A stretch of DNA of 64,000 nucleotides, taken from contig JABAQU010000015.1 in the NCBI GenBank assembly GCA_019187185.1, positions 105,665 to 169,664 on the forward strand, written 5' to 3'. This DNA is from Steroidobacteraceae bacterium. Lineage in GTDB: Bacteria; Pseudomonadota; Gammaproteobacteria; Steroidobacterales; Steroidobacteraceae. Of this stretch, positions 8,511 to 17,332 are shown one piece after another. The translations under genes were made by a program, and so were the position numbers. Each line of letters begins with the position of its first letter. Position 1 is the first letter of the stretch. A model generated the notes under the pieces. The model saw only the letters and a list, made by a program, of their open reading frames with translations, was not told the DNA's origin and ran no database searches.

Positions 8511-9377
8511 ATGAAGTTCGCACTGCTGCTCGGGTTCAGCCACCATCGTGATTTCCCGGCGCTCGCGCAGGCCGCCGAAGCAGCGGGCTTCAACTCGGTG
8601 TGCATCCCCGACAGCCTCTTTTACCCGAAGGCGACGGAATCGGAGTATCCGTACAACGATACGGAAACCATCCGCGGCTACATCAGCGCGACGGAATTCA
8701 TCGAACCGTTCATCGCGATGGCCACGATGGCGGCCGTCACTTCCCGCGTGCGCTTCTACCCGAGCGTGCTGAAGGTGCCGGTGCGCCAGCCGCTCGTGCT
8801 CGCCAAGCTGCTCACCTCGCTCGCCGTCGTCAGCGATGGCCGCGTCGCGCTCGGCGCGGGCTTGAGCCCGTGGAAGGAAGACTTCACGTACAACGGCGTG
8901 CGCTACGAGCGTCGCGGCGCGCTGATGGACGAGTGCATCCAGATCATCCGCGGTGTCATGTCGGGCGACTATTACGAACACCACACCGAGAACTACGATT
9001 TCGGACCGCTCAAGATGAACCCGGTGCCCGCGCGGCCCATCCCGATCCTGATCGGCGGACACGCGGCGCCGGCACTGAAACGTGCCGCGCGGGTCGGAGA
9101 CGGCTGGATATCCGCGAACAGCGACTACGAATCGCTGGCGAAGCTGATCGCCCAGCTGAACGGCTATCGGCGGGAGTACGGCACGCTGGACCGCAAGGAT
9201 TTCGAGATCCACGTGATCGATTCCAATGCGCAGACCGTCGCCGATTTCCAGCGTCTCGAGGCGCTCGGCGCCACCGAAGCAGCGCTCATCGCCTGGCCGC
9301 CGCAGGTACGCGATGGCCGCCAGCAGATCGAGGCGATCAAGCGCTTCGGCGACACGGTCGTCGCGAAGTTCCGCTAG
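8511..9377 (+). CDS. LLM-class (luciferase-like) oxidoreductase, probably F420-dependent
   Basis: 288 aa. GFNSVCIPDSL, VALGAGLSPW, PILIGGHAAPALKRAARVGDGWIS. Paralogue of 1692..2573. Starts 6 nt after the ligase gene. Confidence 0.85.
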   Translation: MKFALLLGFSHHRDFPALAQAAEAAGFNSVCIPDSLFYPKATESEYPYNDTETIRGYISATEFIEPFIAMATMAAVTSRVRFYPSVLKVPVRQPLVLAKLLTSLAVVSDGRVALGAGLSPWKEDFTYNGVRYERRGALMDECIQIIRGVMSGDYYEHHTENYDFGPLKMNPVPARPIPILIGGHAAPALKRAARVGDGWISANSDYESLAKLIAQLNGYRREYGTLDRKDFEIHVIDSNAQTVADFQRLEALGATEAALIAWPPQVRDGRQQIEAIKRFGDTVVAKFR

Positions 9378-9491
9378 ACCGGGTCGCGTTCGACACGCGC
9401 CGTCGATGGTGATGCTTCGACGCCGGAGCGCTCGAACGACTCGAAGAAATGGCCCTAACTAACTGTAAACGCTCGTATTGAGCATCTGCCC

Positions 9492-11912
9492 CTACCGGGC
9501 CGCGCCGACTTCCTTCAACCGCATCCACACGCGCTGCGCCGTGGCCGGCGTCTCGGTCATCTCGATGCCGAGCGGCGCGAGGGCGTCGTTGATCGCGCAG
9601 GTGATCGCCGCGGGCGTCGTGTGCATCGCCCCTTCGCCGCAGCCTTTCGCGCCGAGCGGCGTGACGGGCGAGGGGGTCACGATGTGGTCTCGCCGGGTGA
9701 TCGGCACCTCGTGGATCGACGGCATCAGGTAGTCGACGAATGTCGTGACGAGGGGATTGGCACCGTCGTCGTACACGTACTCTTCGAGGAGCGCCGCGCC
9801 GACGCCTTGTGCGACGGCTCCCTGGAGCTGCCCTTCGACGCTCGCGGGATTCAGCCGGGTGCCGCAGTCGTCGACGATGAAGTACTTCAGGATCGACGTG
9901 TGGCCCGTGCCGCGGTCGACCTCGACCATCACGACGTGGGTCGCCGTGGCCGCCGTCAGATAGCTGCGGCACCGACCTTCCTCGTCGGGCATGTTGCGCC
10001 CGGGGGCCGTCCACACCGAGGTGGCCGTCGGGTTCGGCTCCATGCCGGGCGGGAGCAGGTCGCTGCGGCCGAGCATCGTGCCCGCGACTTCGGCGACCGT
10101 CATGCCCATGGCCGGATTGGCCTTGACTCGCAACCGCCCGTCCATCAGTTCGATTGCATCGGGTGGCAGGCCGCCCATGATGTGGCCCACCACGCGCTTG
10201 AAGTCGGCCTCGAGCTTCTGGCAGGCGCCGAGCACGGCGCCCGTGATGGCGACGCCGACCCGGCTGCCGCCCTGGCCGAAGTGCGGCGGCGTGGCATCCG
10301 TCGCGGCGGTCGTGACCTTCACCGATGTGATGTCCACGCCGAAATAGTCGGCGGCGACCTGGGCCGCGACCGTGAACTGGCCCTGTCCCTGCAGGTTGAA
10401 GCCCACGACTATCGTGATGTTGCCGAGGACGTCGAAGGACACCCGCGCGCCCTCGGGCACGCCGACGCCCTGCACGCCGACCGTGGCGTAGGCATTCCAG
10501 TCGAAGACGCCCGGCTCGACCGTGTTCACGACGCTGATGCCGACGAGCCGGCCCTCGGCCCGCGCCGCCGCCTGCTCCTTGCGCAGGGCCGCGTAGTCCG
10601 CGAGCTTCAGCACTTTGTCGAGCACGGCTTCGTAGTCGCCGCTGTCGTACTCGTTGCCGCTCGGGATGGTGTACGGGAATTGCTCGGGCCGTATGTAGTT
10701 GCGGCGCCGGATGTCGGCCGGATCGAGCGCGAGCTTGCGCGCCGCCATGTCGACGAGGTTCTCGAGCACGAGAAAATGCGGCGGCGGACCGTAGCCGCGA
10801 TAGGGCGCGACCGGGGCACGGTTGGTCACGACGAGCGTCGTGTCGTAGCGGGCCGCCTCGATCCGGTAATTGCCGGTGAAGGCGGCGAGCGGCTTGGCGA
10901 CCGAGATCGTGCCGTAGGTTTCCGTCGTCGCGCCCTGGTCGTCGAGCAGCTTCACGTCGAAACCCGTGATCGTGCCGTCAGCCTTGAGCGCGAGTGACGC
11001 CTCGTAGCGACGGTCCCACGACTGGCTGCCGCCCGCGAGGAGACACTCCATGCGGTCCTCGATGTACTTGACCGGCAGGCCGCCCGCCTTGCGCGACAGG
11101 AGCGCGGCGATGTCGGTGCCGCGCGCGCCGCCCTTGCCGCCGAAGCCGCCACCCATGGGATGGCTCACGACTTTCACCTTGTTGGCGGGCAGGTTCAGCG
11201 AGAACGAGCGCGCGAGGCCCCAGAAGCCCGGCACCTGGTACGAACCGTGGCACACGAGACTGTTGTCGGTCAGGTCCCACTGGCACACGCAGCCGAAGGT
11301 CTCGGTGGGGTTCGCGCCGCAGCGGTTCCAGCGAAAGCTGGCGGTCACGACATGATCGGCCTCGCGAAAGACACGATCGACCTCGCCCCACGTGTAGACG
11401 CGCTTCTGGATGACGTTGGTCCCGTGCTCCTCGAACAGCACGGGCGCATCGGGCGCGATGGCGGCAGGCGCCGATGCGACCGCCGGGAGCACTTCGTAGT
11501 CGACATCGATCAGTTCGATCGCGTCCTCGGCGACGTGGCGGCTCGTCGCGGCCACGGCGGCCACGGGCTCGCCGACATAGATGACCTTGTCGATCGCAAT
11601 GCAATGCGTGCCCCAGCCCGGCGGGCTCGTGACATGCGCATTGGCCCAGCGCTTGACGTCATCCGGCGTGAGGACCGCAACGACTCCCTCGAGCGCTTCC
11701 GCCGCGCTCGCATCGACCTTGAGCACGCGCGCGTGCGCATGCGGGCTGCGCAGGATCGCGCAGTGCAGCATGCCCGGCAGCTGCAGGTTGTCGATGAAAG
11801 GCGCCGAGCCCGACACGAGCGCGGGGTCCTCGACGCGCCGGACTTCCTTGCCCACGTAGCGCACCGCGCTGGTCGGCAATTCTTCTGGCAGGCGGGGAAA
11901 CTCTCTGGCCAT
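9492..11912 (-). CDS. xanthine-dehydrogenase-family molybdopterin-binding large subunit (CoxL-like, not a bona fide CO dehydrogenase)
   Basis: 806 aa from ATG 11912, with GGAGGAG upstream. Starts MAREFPRLPEE...YVGKEVRRVEDPALVSG. Contains GGGFGGKG. The active-site loop reads APYRGYGPP rather than AYxCSFR. The ORF-track start at 12134 overlaps coxS-like and was rejected. Confidence 0.9.
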   Translation of the reverse strand: MAREFPRLPEELPTSAVRYVGKEVRRVEDPALVSGSAPFIDNLQLPGMLHCAILRSPHAHARVLKVDASAAEALEGVVAVLTPDDVKRWANAHVTSPPGWGTHCIAIDKVIYVGEPVAAVAATSRHVAEDAIELIDVDYEVLPAVASAPAAIAPDAPVLFEEHGTNVIQKRVYTWGEVDRVFREADHVVTASFRWNRCGANPTETFGCVCQWDLTDNSLVCHGSYQVPGFWGLARSFSLNLPANKVKVVSHPMGGGFGGKGGARGTDIAALLSRKAGGLPVKYIEDRMECLLAGGSQSWDRRYEASLALKADGTITGFDVKLLDDQGATTETYGTISVAKPLAAFTGNYRIEAARYDTTLVVTNRAPVAPYRGYGPPPHFLVLENLVDMAARKLALDPADIRRRNYIRPEQFPYTIPSGNEYDSGDYEAVLDKVLKLADYAALRKEQAAARAEGRLVGISVVNTVEPGVFDWNAYATVGVQGVGVPEGARVSFDVLGNITIVVGFNLQGQGQFTVAAQVAADYFGVDITSVKVTTAATDATPPHFGQGGSRVGVAITGAVLGACQKLEADFKRVVGHIMGGLPPDAIELMDGRLRVKANPAMGMTVAEVAGTMLGRSDLLPPGMEPNPTATSVWTAPGRNMPDEEGRCRSYLTAATATHVVMVEVDRGTGHTSILKYFIVDDCGTRLNPASVEGQLQGAVAQGVGAALLEEYVYDDGANPLVTTFVDYLMPSIHEVPITRRDHIVTPSPVTPLGAKGCGEGAMHTTPAAITCAINDALAPLGIEMTETPATAQRVWMRLKEVGAAR

Positions 11913-11944
11913 GCTGGATCTCCTCCGTCCGGGTTGGCGCCGAC

Positions 11945-12442
11945 TCAGGCGGGCCCTGATTGTTCGCGCAGGCGCCGGGCCGCGAGCCGCACCGACGCGA
12001 TGATGGTCTCGTACCCCGTGCAGCGGCACAGGTTCCCGCCCAGTGCTTCCTTGATGGCCTCGTCGTCGGGATCGGGGTTGTCGCGCAGCAGTTCGACCGT
12101 CGACATGATGAAGGCGGGGGTGCAGAACCCGCATTGCAGGCCGTGCGCGTCGACGAACGCCTGCTGCACCGGGTGCAGCTTGCCGGTCTCCGGGTCGCGC
12201 AGTCCTTCGATCGTCGTCACCTCCATGCCGTCGGCCTGCACGGCGAGCGTGAGGCAGGAGCGCGCCGGCAAGCCGTCGATGAGCACCGTGCAGACGCCGC
12301 AGATGCCGTGTTCGCAGCCGACGTGAGTGCCGCCCAGATGCAGGTCGTGACGCAGGAAGTCCGCGAGCGTGACGCGTGGCTCGACTTCCCGCTCGTAGAC
12401 GCGGCCGTTGACCGTCACCCGCGTGCGCTGTCTCGTTGTCAT
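11945..12442 (-). CDS. (2Fe-2S)-binding small subunit of the Mo hydroxylase (CoxS-like)
   Basis: 165 aa from ATG 12442. Both 2Fe-2S motifs are present: CEHGICGVCTV and CGFCTP...CRCTGY. Confidence 0.9.
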   Translation of the reverse strand: MTTRQRTRVTVNGRVYEREVEPRVTLADFLRHDLHLGGTHVGCEHGICGVCTVLIDGLPARSCLTLAVQADGMEVTTIEGLRDPETGKLHPVQQAFVDAHGLQCGFCTPAFIMSTVELLRDNPDPDDEAIKEALGGNLCRCTGYETIIASVRLAARRLREQSGPA

Positions 12443-12461
12443 GATCTCGTGCCTGCTCCTG

Positions 12462-13337
12462 TCACGCCGCGCGCGCCGCGGCTTCTGCGAGGCAGCGTTC
12501 CGTGAGTACCTTGACCAGCTGGCGGCGGTAGTCCGGCGTCGCGTGCACGTCGCCGAGCGGTTCGGCGACGGACTCGCCGGCCACGGCCGCCGCACGCGCA
12601 AAATTCTCCGTCGTCGCCGACTGGCCGTTGAGTGCCGCTTCGGCCGCCGGCAAGCGCACCGCGGTGGCATTGACGCCAAAGGCGCCGATGCGCACGTCTT
12701 CGCATCGGCCATTGGCCTTGCGCAGCGTGACGGCGATGCCCGCGAGCGCGAGGTCGCCGTGGCGTTTCGCGAATTCCTGGATCGCCCAGCCGGTGCCGGG
12801 CCGAAACGGTGGCAACCGCACCTCGACAAGTATCTCGGTCGCTTCGAGGCTGGTCGTCATGAAGGTCACGAAGAAATCGCTCGCCGCGATCTCGCGCACG
12901 CCGTTCGGCCCCTGCGCCCGCATCCGGATGTCCTGGACCAGCGCAACCGCCGGGTACTCGGCCGCCGGATCGGCGTGCGCGAACGAGCCGCCGACGGTGC
13001 CGCGATTGCGGATCTGGCGGTGGCCGATCAGCAGCGTTGCCGCGTGGAAGAGGGGTTGTTGTTCGCGGAGCAGCGGCGAGTCCTCCGCCGCGCGCTTGCT
13101 CGCCATCGAGCCGATCGCGATCGCCTCGCCCTCCGCGCGGATGTAATCGAGCGCCTCGATCTTGCCGAGATCGACCAGCACCTGCGGGCGTGCGATGCGC
13201 ATGTTGAGCATCGGCATCAGGCTCTGGCCACCCGCCAGCAGCTTCGTGTCGAGGCCCTCGCCCTCGAAGCGCTGCAGCAGCGCGATCGCCGATTCGACCG
13301 TCGGCGGCGCATGGTAATCAAAAGAGGCGGCTTTCAC
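12462..13337 (-). CDS. FAD-binding medium subunit of the Mo hydroxylase (CoxM-like)
   Basis: 291 aa from GTG 13337 (VKAASFDYHAP). LLAGGQSLMPMLNMR and RNRGTVGGS motifs. Gene order M-S-L is as in cox/xdh-type operons. Confidence 0.85.
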   Translation of the reverse strand: MKAASFDYHAPPTVESAIALLQRFEGEGLDTKLLAGGQSLMPMLNMRIARPQVLVDLGKIEALDYIRAEGEAIAIGSMASKRAAEDSPLLREQQPLFHAATLLIGHRQIRNRGTVGGSFAHADPAAEYPAVALVQDIRMRAQGPNGVREIAASDFFVTFMTTSLEATEILVEVRLPPFRPGTGWAIQEFAKRHGDLALAGIAVTLRKANGRCEDVRIGAFGVNATAVRLPAAEAALNGQSATTENFARAAAVAGESVAEPLGDVHATPDYRRQLVKVLTERCLAEAAARAA

Positions 13338-13481
13338 GTGCGTGTCCCGATCCGGATCCTCTGGTACATCCCGTGCGCCGCAGCTTGCAGCCGGGCCGCG
13401 TACGAGGTCAACCGCGCTGCCGCAAGTGGCGGTGGCTGCATTTGACCACGCGTGAACACTGGGGCATCGTCCGATTGGAGG

Positions 13482-13506
13482 TATCGGCCGCGTGCAGCGG
13501 CCGATA
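13482..13506. promoter_or_regulatory. perfect 10-bp inverted repeat (TATCGGCCGC-N5-GCGGCCGATA) in a divergent promoter region; candidate operator
   Basis: Read directly from the sequence. Lies 59 nt upstream of the NMO-like gene start (13565) and 145 nt upstream of the coxM-like start (13337) on the other strand. Confidence 0.4.
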
Positions 13507-13564
13507 ATTTGCATTCAGCATCGGGGTCGGTGCGCGGTCAAATCCAGTTCGGCAGGTAACGTCC

Positions 13565-14662
13565 ATGAGCGGACCCTTACATACACCTCTGTGCGACAAG
13601 CTCGGCATCGAGTATCCCGTCGTTGCCTTCACGCATTGCAAGGACGTCGCGGTTGCCGTGATCAACGCGGGCGGCTTTTCCGTGCTCGGCGAAGCCCTGC
13701 ATTCGCCCGATCACATTGCTGCGGACATCAAATGGATCCGCGATCGGGTCGGCGGCAAACCGTTCGGCATCGATCTCGTGCTGCCGGCGTCGGTTCCGGA
13801 GGAGCGCACTGTCGAGCAGCTGCTCGCGGAGATTCCGCAGACGCACCGCGATTTCGAGCAGCAGATCAAGCGCAAGTACAACGTGCCCGACCCGAAGGAA
13901 GCGCCGAACATCCACATCTGGGGCGGCCTCGACCAGAAGCGCGCACTCGCGCAGGTGGAGGTCGTGTTCGACGAACGCGTCCCGGTATTCGCCTCGGGCC
14001 TCGGCTCGCCGGCATTCCTGCTGAAGCGCGCCCACCAGCTCGGCATGCAGGTGTGGGGGCTGGTCGGCAAGCCGCGCCAGGCGAAGAAGCAGATCGACGC
14101 GGGCACGGACGTGATCATTGCGCAGGGGTACGACGCGGCGGGTCACACGGGCAACATCGGCACGTTCTCGATCGTCCCGCAGATCGCCGACGCGGCACGC
14201 GCGGCCGGCGTTCCCGTGCTCGCGGCCGGTGGCGTGACCACGGGGCGGCATCTCGCGGCCGCGCTCGCGCTCGGCGCGGACGGCGTATGGACCGGTTCAT
14301 TGTGGCTGGCCTCGCGCGAGTCCGACGTCAATCTGCCGCTGAAGGAGCGGCTGCTCGAGGCCGAGACCGACGACACGGTGTACTCGGACTGCATCTCGGG
14401 CTACACGATGCGCACGACGCGCAGCCCCTGGCACGACGAATGGCTGAGCCCGGAAGCGCCGCCGGTCCTGAAGCCGCCGCTGCAGATGATGCTGTCGGCC
14501 AACTACATCCAGGGGTCGCTCGACTACCAGCGGAAGGACCTGATGACCGAAGCGGCGGGGCAGGGCATCCACTACGTGACCGAGATGAAGCCGGCGCGCC
14601 AGATCCTCTCCGATCTGGTCGATGAGGCACTCGATGTCTTCGAACGCTTCGCCTCCGCCTGA
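13565..14662 (+). CDS. nitronate monooxygenase / FabK-family FMN-dependent oxidoreductase
   Basis: 365 aa. LGIEYPVVAFTH, GIDLVLP, IIAQGYDAAGHTG, LAAGGVTTGRHLAAALALGADGVWTGS. Confidence 0.85.
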   Translation: MSGPLHTPLCDKLGIEYPVVAFTHCKDVAVAVINAGGFSVLGEALHSPDHIAADIKWIRDRVGGKPFGIDLVLPASVPEERTVEQLLAEIPQTHRDFEQQIKRKYNVPDPKEAPNIHIWGGLDQKRALAQVEVVFDERVPVFASGLGSPAFLLKRAHQLGMQVWGLVGKPRQAKKQIDAGTDVIIAQGYDAAGHTGNIGTFSIVPQIADAARAAGVPVLAAGGVTTGRHLAAALALGADGVWTGSLWLASRESDVNLPLKERLLEAETDDTVYSDCISGYTMRTTRSPWHDEWLSPEAPPVLKPPLQMMLSANYIQGSLDYQRKDLMTEAAGQGIHYVTEMKPARQILSDLVDEALDVFERFASA

Positions 14663-14933
14663 GCGGGCCGCACCGGATTTCCGGACCCGGGACGGCTTCG
14701 ACGCCGCAATGCAGGGTCGCCGGGCCGAGTGCGACGGTGGCAAGGCCATCGAGGGCACGCATTTCGCGGGTCGCCAGCAGTTCGCGGGCACCCTGACGGG
14801 GCAATATCGCGATTTCGGTGACTACCCGTGGCGCTGGTATCTCATGACGGATCTCACGCACAAGCCGGAAGGCTATGCGCACGAGGCTGTCTGGTGCGAC
14901 GCCGGCAGCCTGGATTTCGAAGGCAAAGAATGA
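14622..14933 (+). CDS. small hypothetical protein (74-103 aa depending on start)
   Basis: Third-codon positions are mostly G/C, as in neighbouring genes. Amino-acid composition is normal (DYPWRWYLMTDLTHKPEGYAHEAVWCD). Stop lies 4 nt before etfB. Alternative starts at 14634 and 14709. I recognise no family. Confidence 0.4.
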   Translation: MRHSMSSNASPPPERAAPDFRTRDGFDAAMQGRRAECDGGKAIEGTHFAGRQQFAGTLTGQYRDFGDYPWRWYLMTDLTHKPEGYAHEAVWCDAGSLDFEGKE

Positions 14934-14937
14934 ACCC

Positions 14938-15735
14938 ATGCGCATCGTAGTCTGTGTAAAGGAAGTGCTCGACCCGAACGCCGTCAACAACCTGGCGCTC
15001 GCGGGCAAGCTGAGGATCGGCGCCGACGGGCGCACGCTCGACGTGGCGAGTGTGCCGCGGCTGATCAATGGCTATGACGAGCAGGGCATGGAAGTCGCGC
15101 TGCGCATCCGTGATGCGGGGGTCGAGTGCCGGATCGCCGTCGTGTCGATCGGCGGGGACCAGCAGGCCGTGCTGCGGCATTGCGCGGCGCTCGGCGCGGA
15201 CGAAATCGTCGCGATCGATCCGGCCGGGGCCGAACTCGACTGCGAAGCGGTGGCGAAGCTGCTCGCGGCCTGGATCAAGGGCAGTGGCGGCGCAGATCTC
15301 GTCCTCTGCGGGCGCCAGGCGTCCGACGACGACCAGGGCGTCGTGCCGGTGTTGCTCGCGGAAAAACTCGGCCTGCCCGCCGTGCTGTTTGCGCGCGCGG
15401 TCGAAGTGTCGGGCACGAGCCTGCGCGTGACGCGCGTGACGAGCGACGGCGACGAGGTCGTGCAGGGCGCGATGCCCGCGCTCGTGACCGTGAGCAACGA
15501 AGTGGGTGTGCCGCGTTTCCCGACGGCCAAGTCCAAGATGGCCGCGCGCAAGATGGCGCCGGTTGCGGTCACGGCCGCCTCGCTCGGCCTCTCGGCGGGA
15601 GATCTCGCGCCGACGGTCGCGCTGGTGAAGCAGCAACTCCCGGTGGTCGCCGGCAACTGCGAGTTCCTGCAGGGCTCGGCGCCCGAGGTGGCGCAAACGC
15701 TGATTGCGCGCCTGCGCGCCGACGGCGTGATCTGA
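14938..15735 (+). CDS. etfB: electron transfer flavoprotein beta subunit
   Basis: 265 aa from ATG 14938. MRIVVCVKEVLDP, LVLCGRQASDDDQGVVPVLLAEKLGLP. Confidence 0.9.
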   Translation: MRIVVCVKEVLDPNAVNNLALAGKLRIGADGRTLDVASVPRLINGYDEQGMEVALRIRDAGVECRIAVVSIGGDQQAVLRHCAALGADEIVAIDPAGAELDCEAVAKLLAAWIKGSGGADLVLCGRQASDDDQGVVPVLLAEKLGLPAVLFARAVEVSGTSLRVTRVTSDGDEVVQGAMPALVTVSNEVGVPRFPTAKSKMAARKMAPVAVTAASLGLSAGDLAPTVALVKQQLPVVAGNCEFLQGSAPEVAQTLIARLRADGVI

Positions 15736-15742
15736 GGCCCGC

Positions 15743-16363
15743 ATGGCGATCGAGCTCAGGCAGACCTTCGAAGTGCGGGCGCCGATCGATGCGGTCTGGG
15801 CATTCATGCTGAATCCCGAGAACGTCGTCGCCTGCATGCCAGGGGCATCGCTGACGCAAATCGTCGACGAGCGGAGCTTTGTCGGCGCGGTGAAGGTCAA
15901 GGTCGGTGCGGTCAGCGCGCAGTACCAGGGGACGATCACCTACGCGGAGACGGACCGCGCGGCCGGCATCGTGAAATTGCTGGCCGAAGGCAAGGAACGG
16001 GGTGGCGGGACCGTGCGGGGCACGATCACGAGCCGGCTCACGAGCATCGCAGGCGGAGCGGCCACGAGCGTCGAGACGAGCTCGAGCATCGACCTCACCG
16101 GCAAGATCGCGCAGGTCGGTCGCGGGATGATCGAAGGTGTCTCGGGCCAGATCATCAAGATGTACGTCAACAACGTGCGCGCGATGCTCGAACCTGCGGC
16201 GAGCGCTGCGGCCGGCGCGGGCACGGCTCCGGGCAGCGTGCCTGGCGCGTCGCCTGCACCGCCACCGGCCCGCCAGGAATCGATCAACATCGTTGCCGTC
16301 GTCCTGAAGACGCTGTGGGAGGGCCTCAAGGGCTTTTTCAGGCGCCTCTTCGGTCGCGCGTAG
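15743..16363 (+). CDS. CoxG-like SRPBCC-fold protein with Ala/Pro-rich linker and C-terminal amphipathic helix
   Basis: 206 aa. FEVRAPIDAVWAFMLNPENVVACMPG...GKIAQVGRGMIEGVSGQIIKMYVNNV is CoxG-like. The tail reads AAAGAGTAPGSVPGASPAPPPA followed by INIVAVVLKTLWEGLKGFFRRLFGRA. Confidence 0.8.
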   Translation: MAIELRQTFEVRAPIDAVWAFMLNPENVVACMPGASLTQIVDERSFVGAVKVKVGAVSAQYQGTITYAETDRAAGIVKLLAEGKERGGGTVRGTITSRLTSIAGGAATSVETSSSIDLTGKIAQVGRGMIEGVSGQIIKMYVNNVRAMLEPAASAAAGAGTAPGSVPGASPAPPPARQESINIVAVVLKTLWEGLKGFFRRLFGRA

Positions 16364-16372
16364 AGGGGCTTC

Positions 16373-17332
16373 ATGAGCGTAGTCGTCTGCAGTTGGGGAA
16401 ACACGGTCGAACGCGGCACCGAGGAAGTGCTCACGGCGGCGCGCGCCTACAGTGTCGCCGCGGGGCTGCCATTGCGATGGGTGGTCGCGGGAACCGACTG
16501 CGAGGCCGTGCGTGGGTTGGCTGCGCGCTACGGGGTTGCGGCGGTGGACCTCATCAGCCACCCGAAGCTGGCCGGCTATGGCCCCGACGCGCTGACAGAG
16601 GCGCTTGCCCGTTATTTCGCGCAGGTGCAGGCGGCTGCCGTCCTCCTGAACCAGACGGCGGAATCGCGCCTCGTGGCGCCGCGTCTCGCGACGCGACTGG
16701 GCGGCGCCGTGGTGACGAACGTGTTTGCGCTGCGACACGAGGGGGGGGCTCTGCACGTGTCGGCGACGGCCTATGGCGGCGATACTCATGCAACCTACCG
16801 CATGCCTGCGAAGAACAGCATCGTGTGCGTCGCCACGACGACGCTCGCAGCCGAGCATGCCGCCGCGCCGACCGAGCCGCAGTGCAACCCGGTCGATGTC
16901 GACCTGGGTGCCGTCGAGGAGCGCTTCAAGGTCACCGCTGCGCCCAAGGCGGAGGGGCCGCGCCTCGAGGATGCGGAAATCATCGTCGGCGGCGGTCGCG
17001 GCCTCGGCAAGGCGGACAATCTCGGCCTGATCAGGGACCTCGCCGCGGCCCTCGGCGGCATGTGGGGCGGCTCCCGCCTGCTCGTCGACGACGGCTGGAT
17101 CGACGCGTCGCGACAGATCGGCCTCACGGGCAAGATCACGCGGCCGCGCCTGTACGTCGCGGCCGGCATTTCCGGCGCGAGCCAGCACATGGCCGGTTGC
17201 TCGGCCGCGAAAACGATCGTTGCGATCAACAAGGACCGGGACGCGGCCATTTTCCGCTACGCGCGCTTTGGCATCGTCGGTGATTGCCTCGAAGTGATAC
17301 CGGAACTCATCAAGGCAGCCCGTGGTGGCTGA
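16373..17332 (+). CDS. etfA: electron transfer flavoprotein alpha subunit
   Basis: 319 aa. C-terminal FAD-binding signature YVAAGISGASQHMAGCSAAKTIVAINKDRDAAIFRYARFGIVGD. Confidence 0.9.
   Translation: MSVVVCSWGNTVERGTEEVLTAARAYSVAAGLPLRWVVAGTDCEAVRGLAARYGVAAVDLISHPKLAGYGPDALTEALARYFAQVQAAAVLLNQTAESRLVAPRLATRLGGAVVTNVFALRHEGGALHVSATAYGGDTHATYRMPAKNSIVCVATTTLAAEHAAAPTEPQCNPVDVDLGAVEERFKVTAAPKAEGPRLEDAEIIVGGGRGLGKADNLGLIRDLAAALGGMWGGSRLLVDDGWIDASRQIGLTGKITRPRLYVAAGISGASQHMAGCSAAKTIVAINKDRDAAIFRYARFGIVGDCLEVIPELIKAARGG

Noticed and set aside
9492-13337. Calling the CoxMSL-like genes an aerobic carbon monoxide dehydrogenase
   Set aside because: The large-subunit loop reads APYRGYGPP and lacks the AYxCSFR cysteine required for the Mo-S-Cu site. 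No coxDEF-type accessory genes are nearby.
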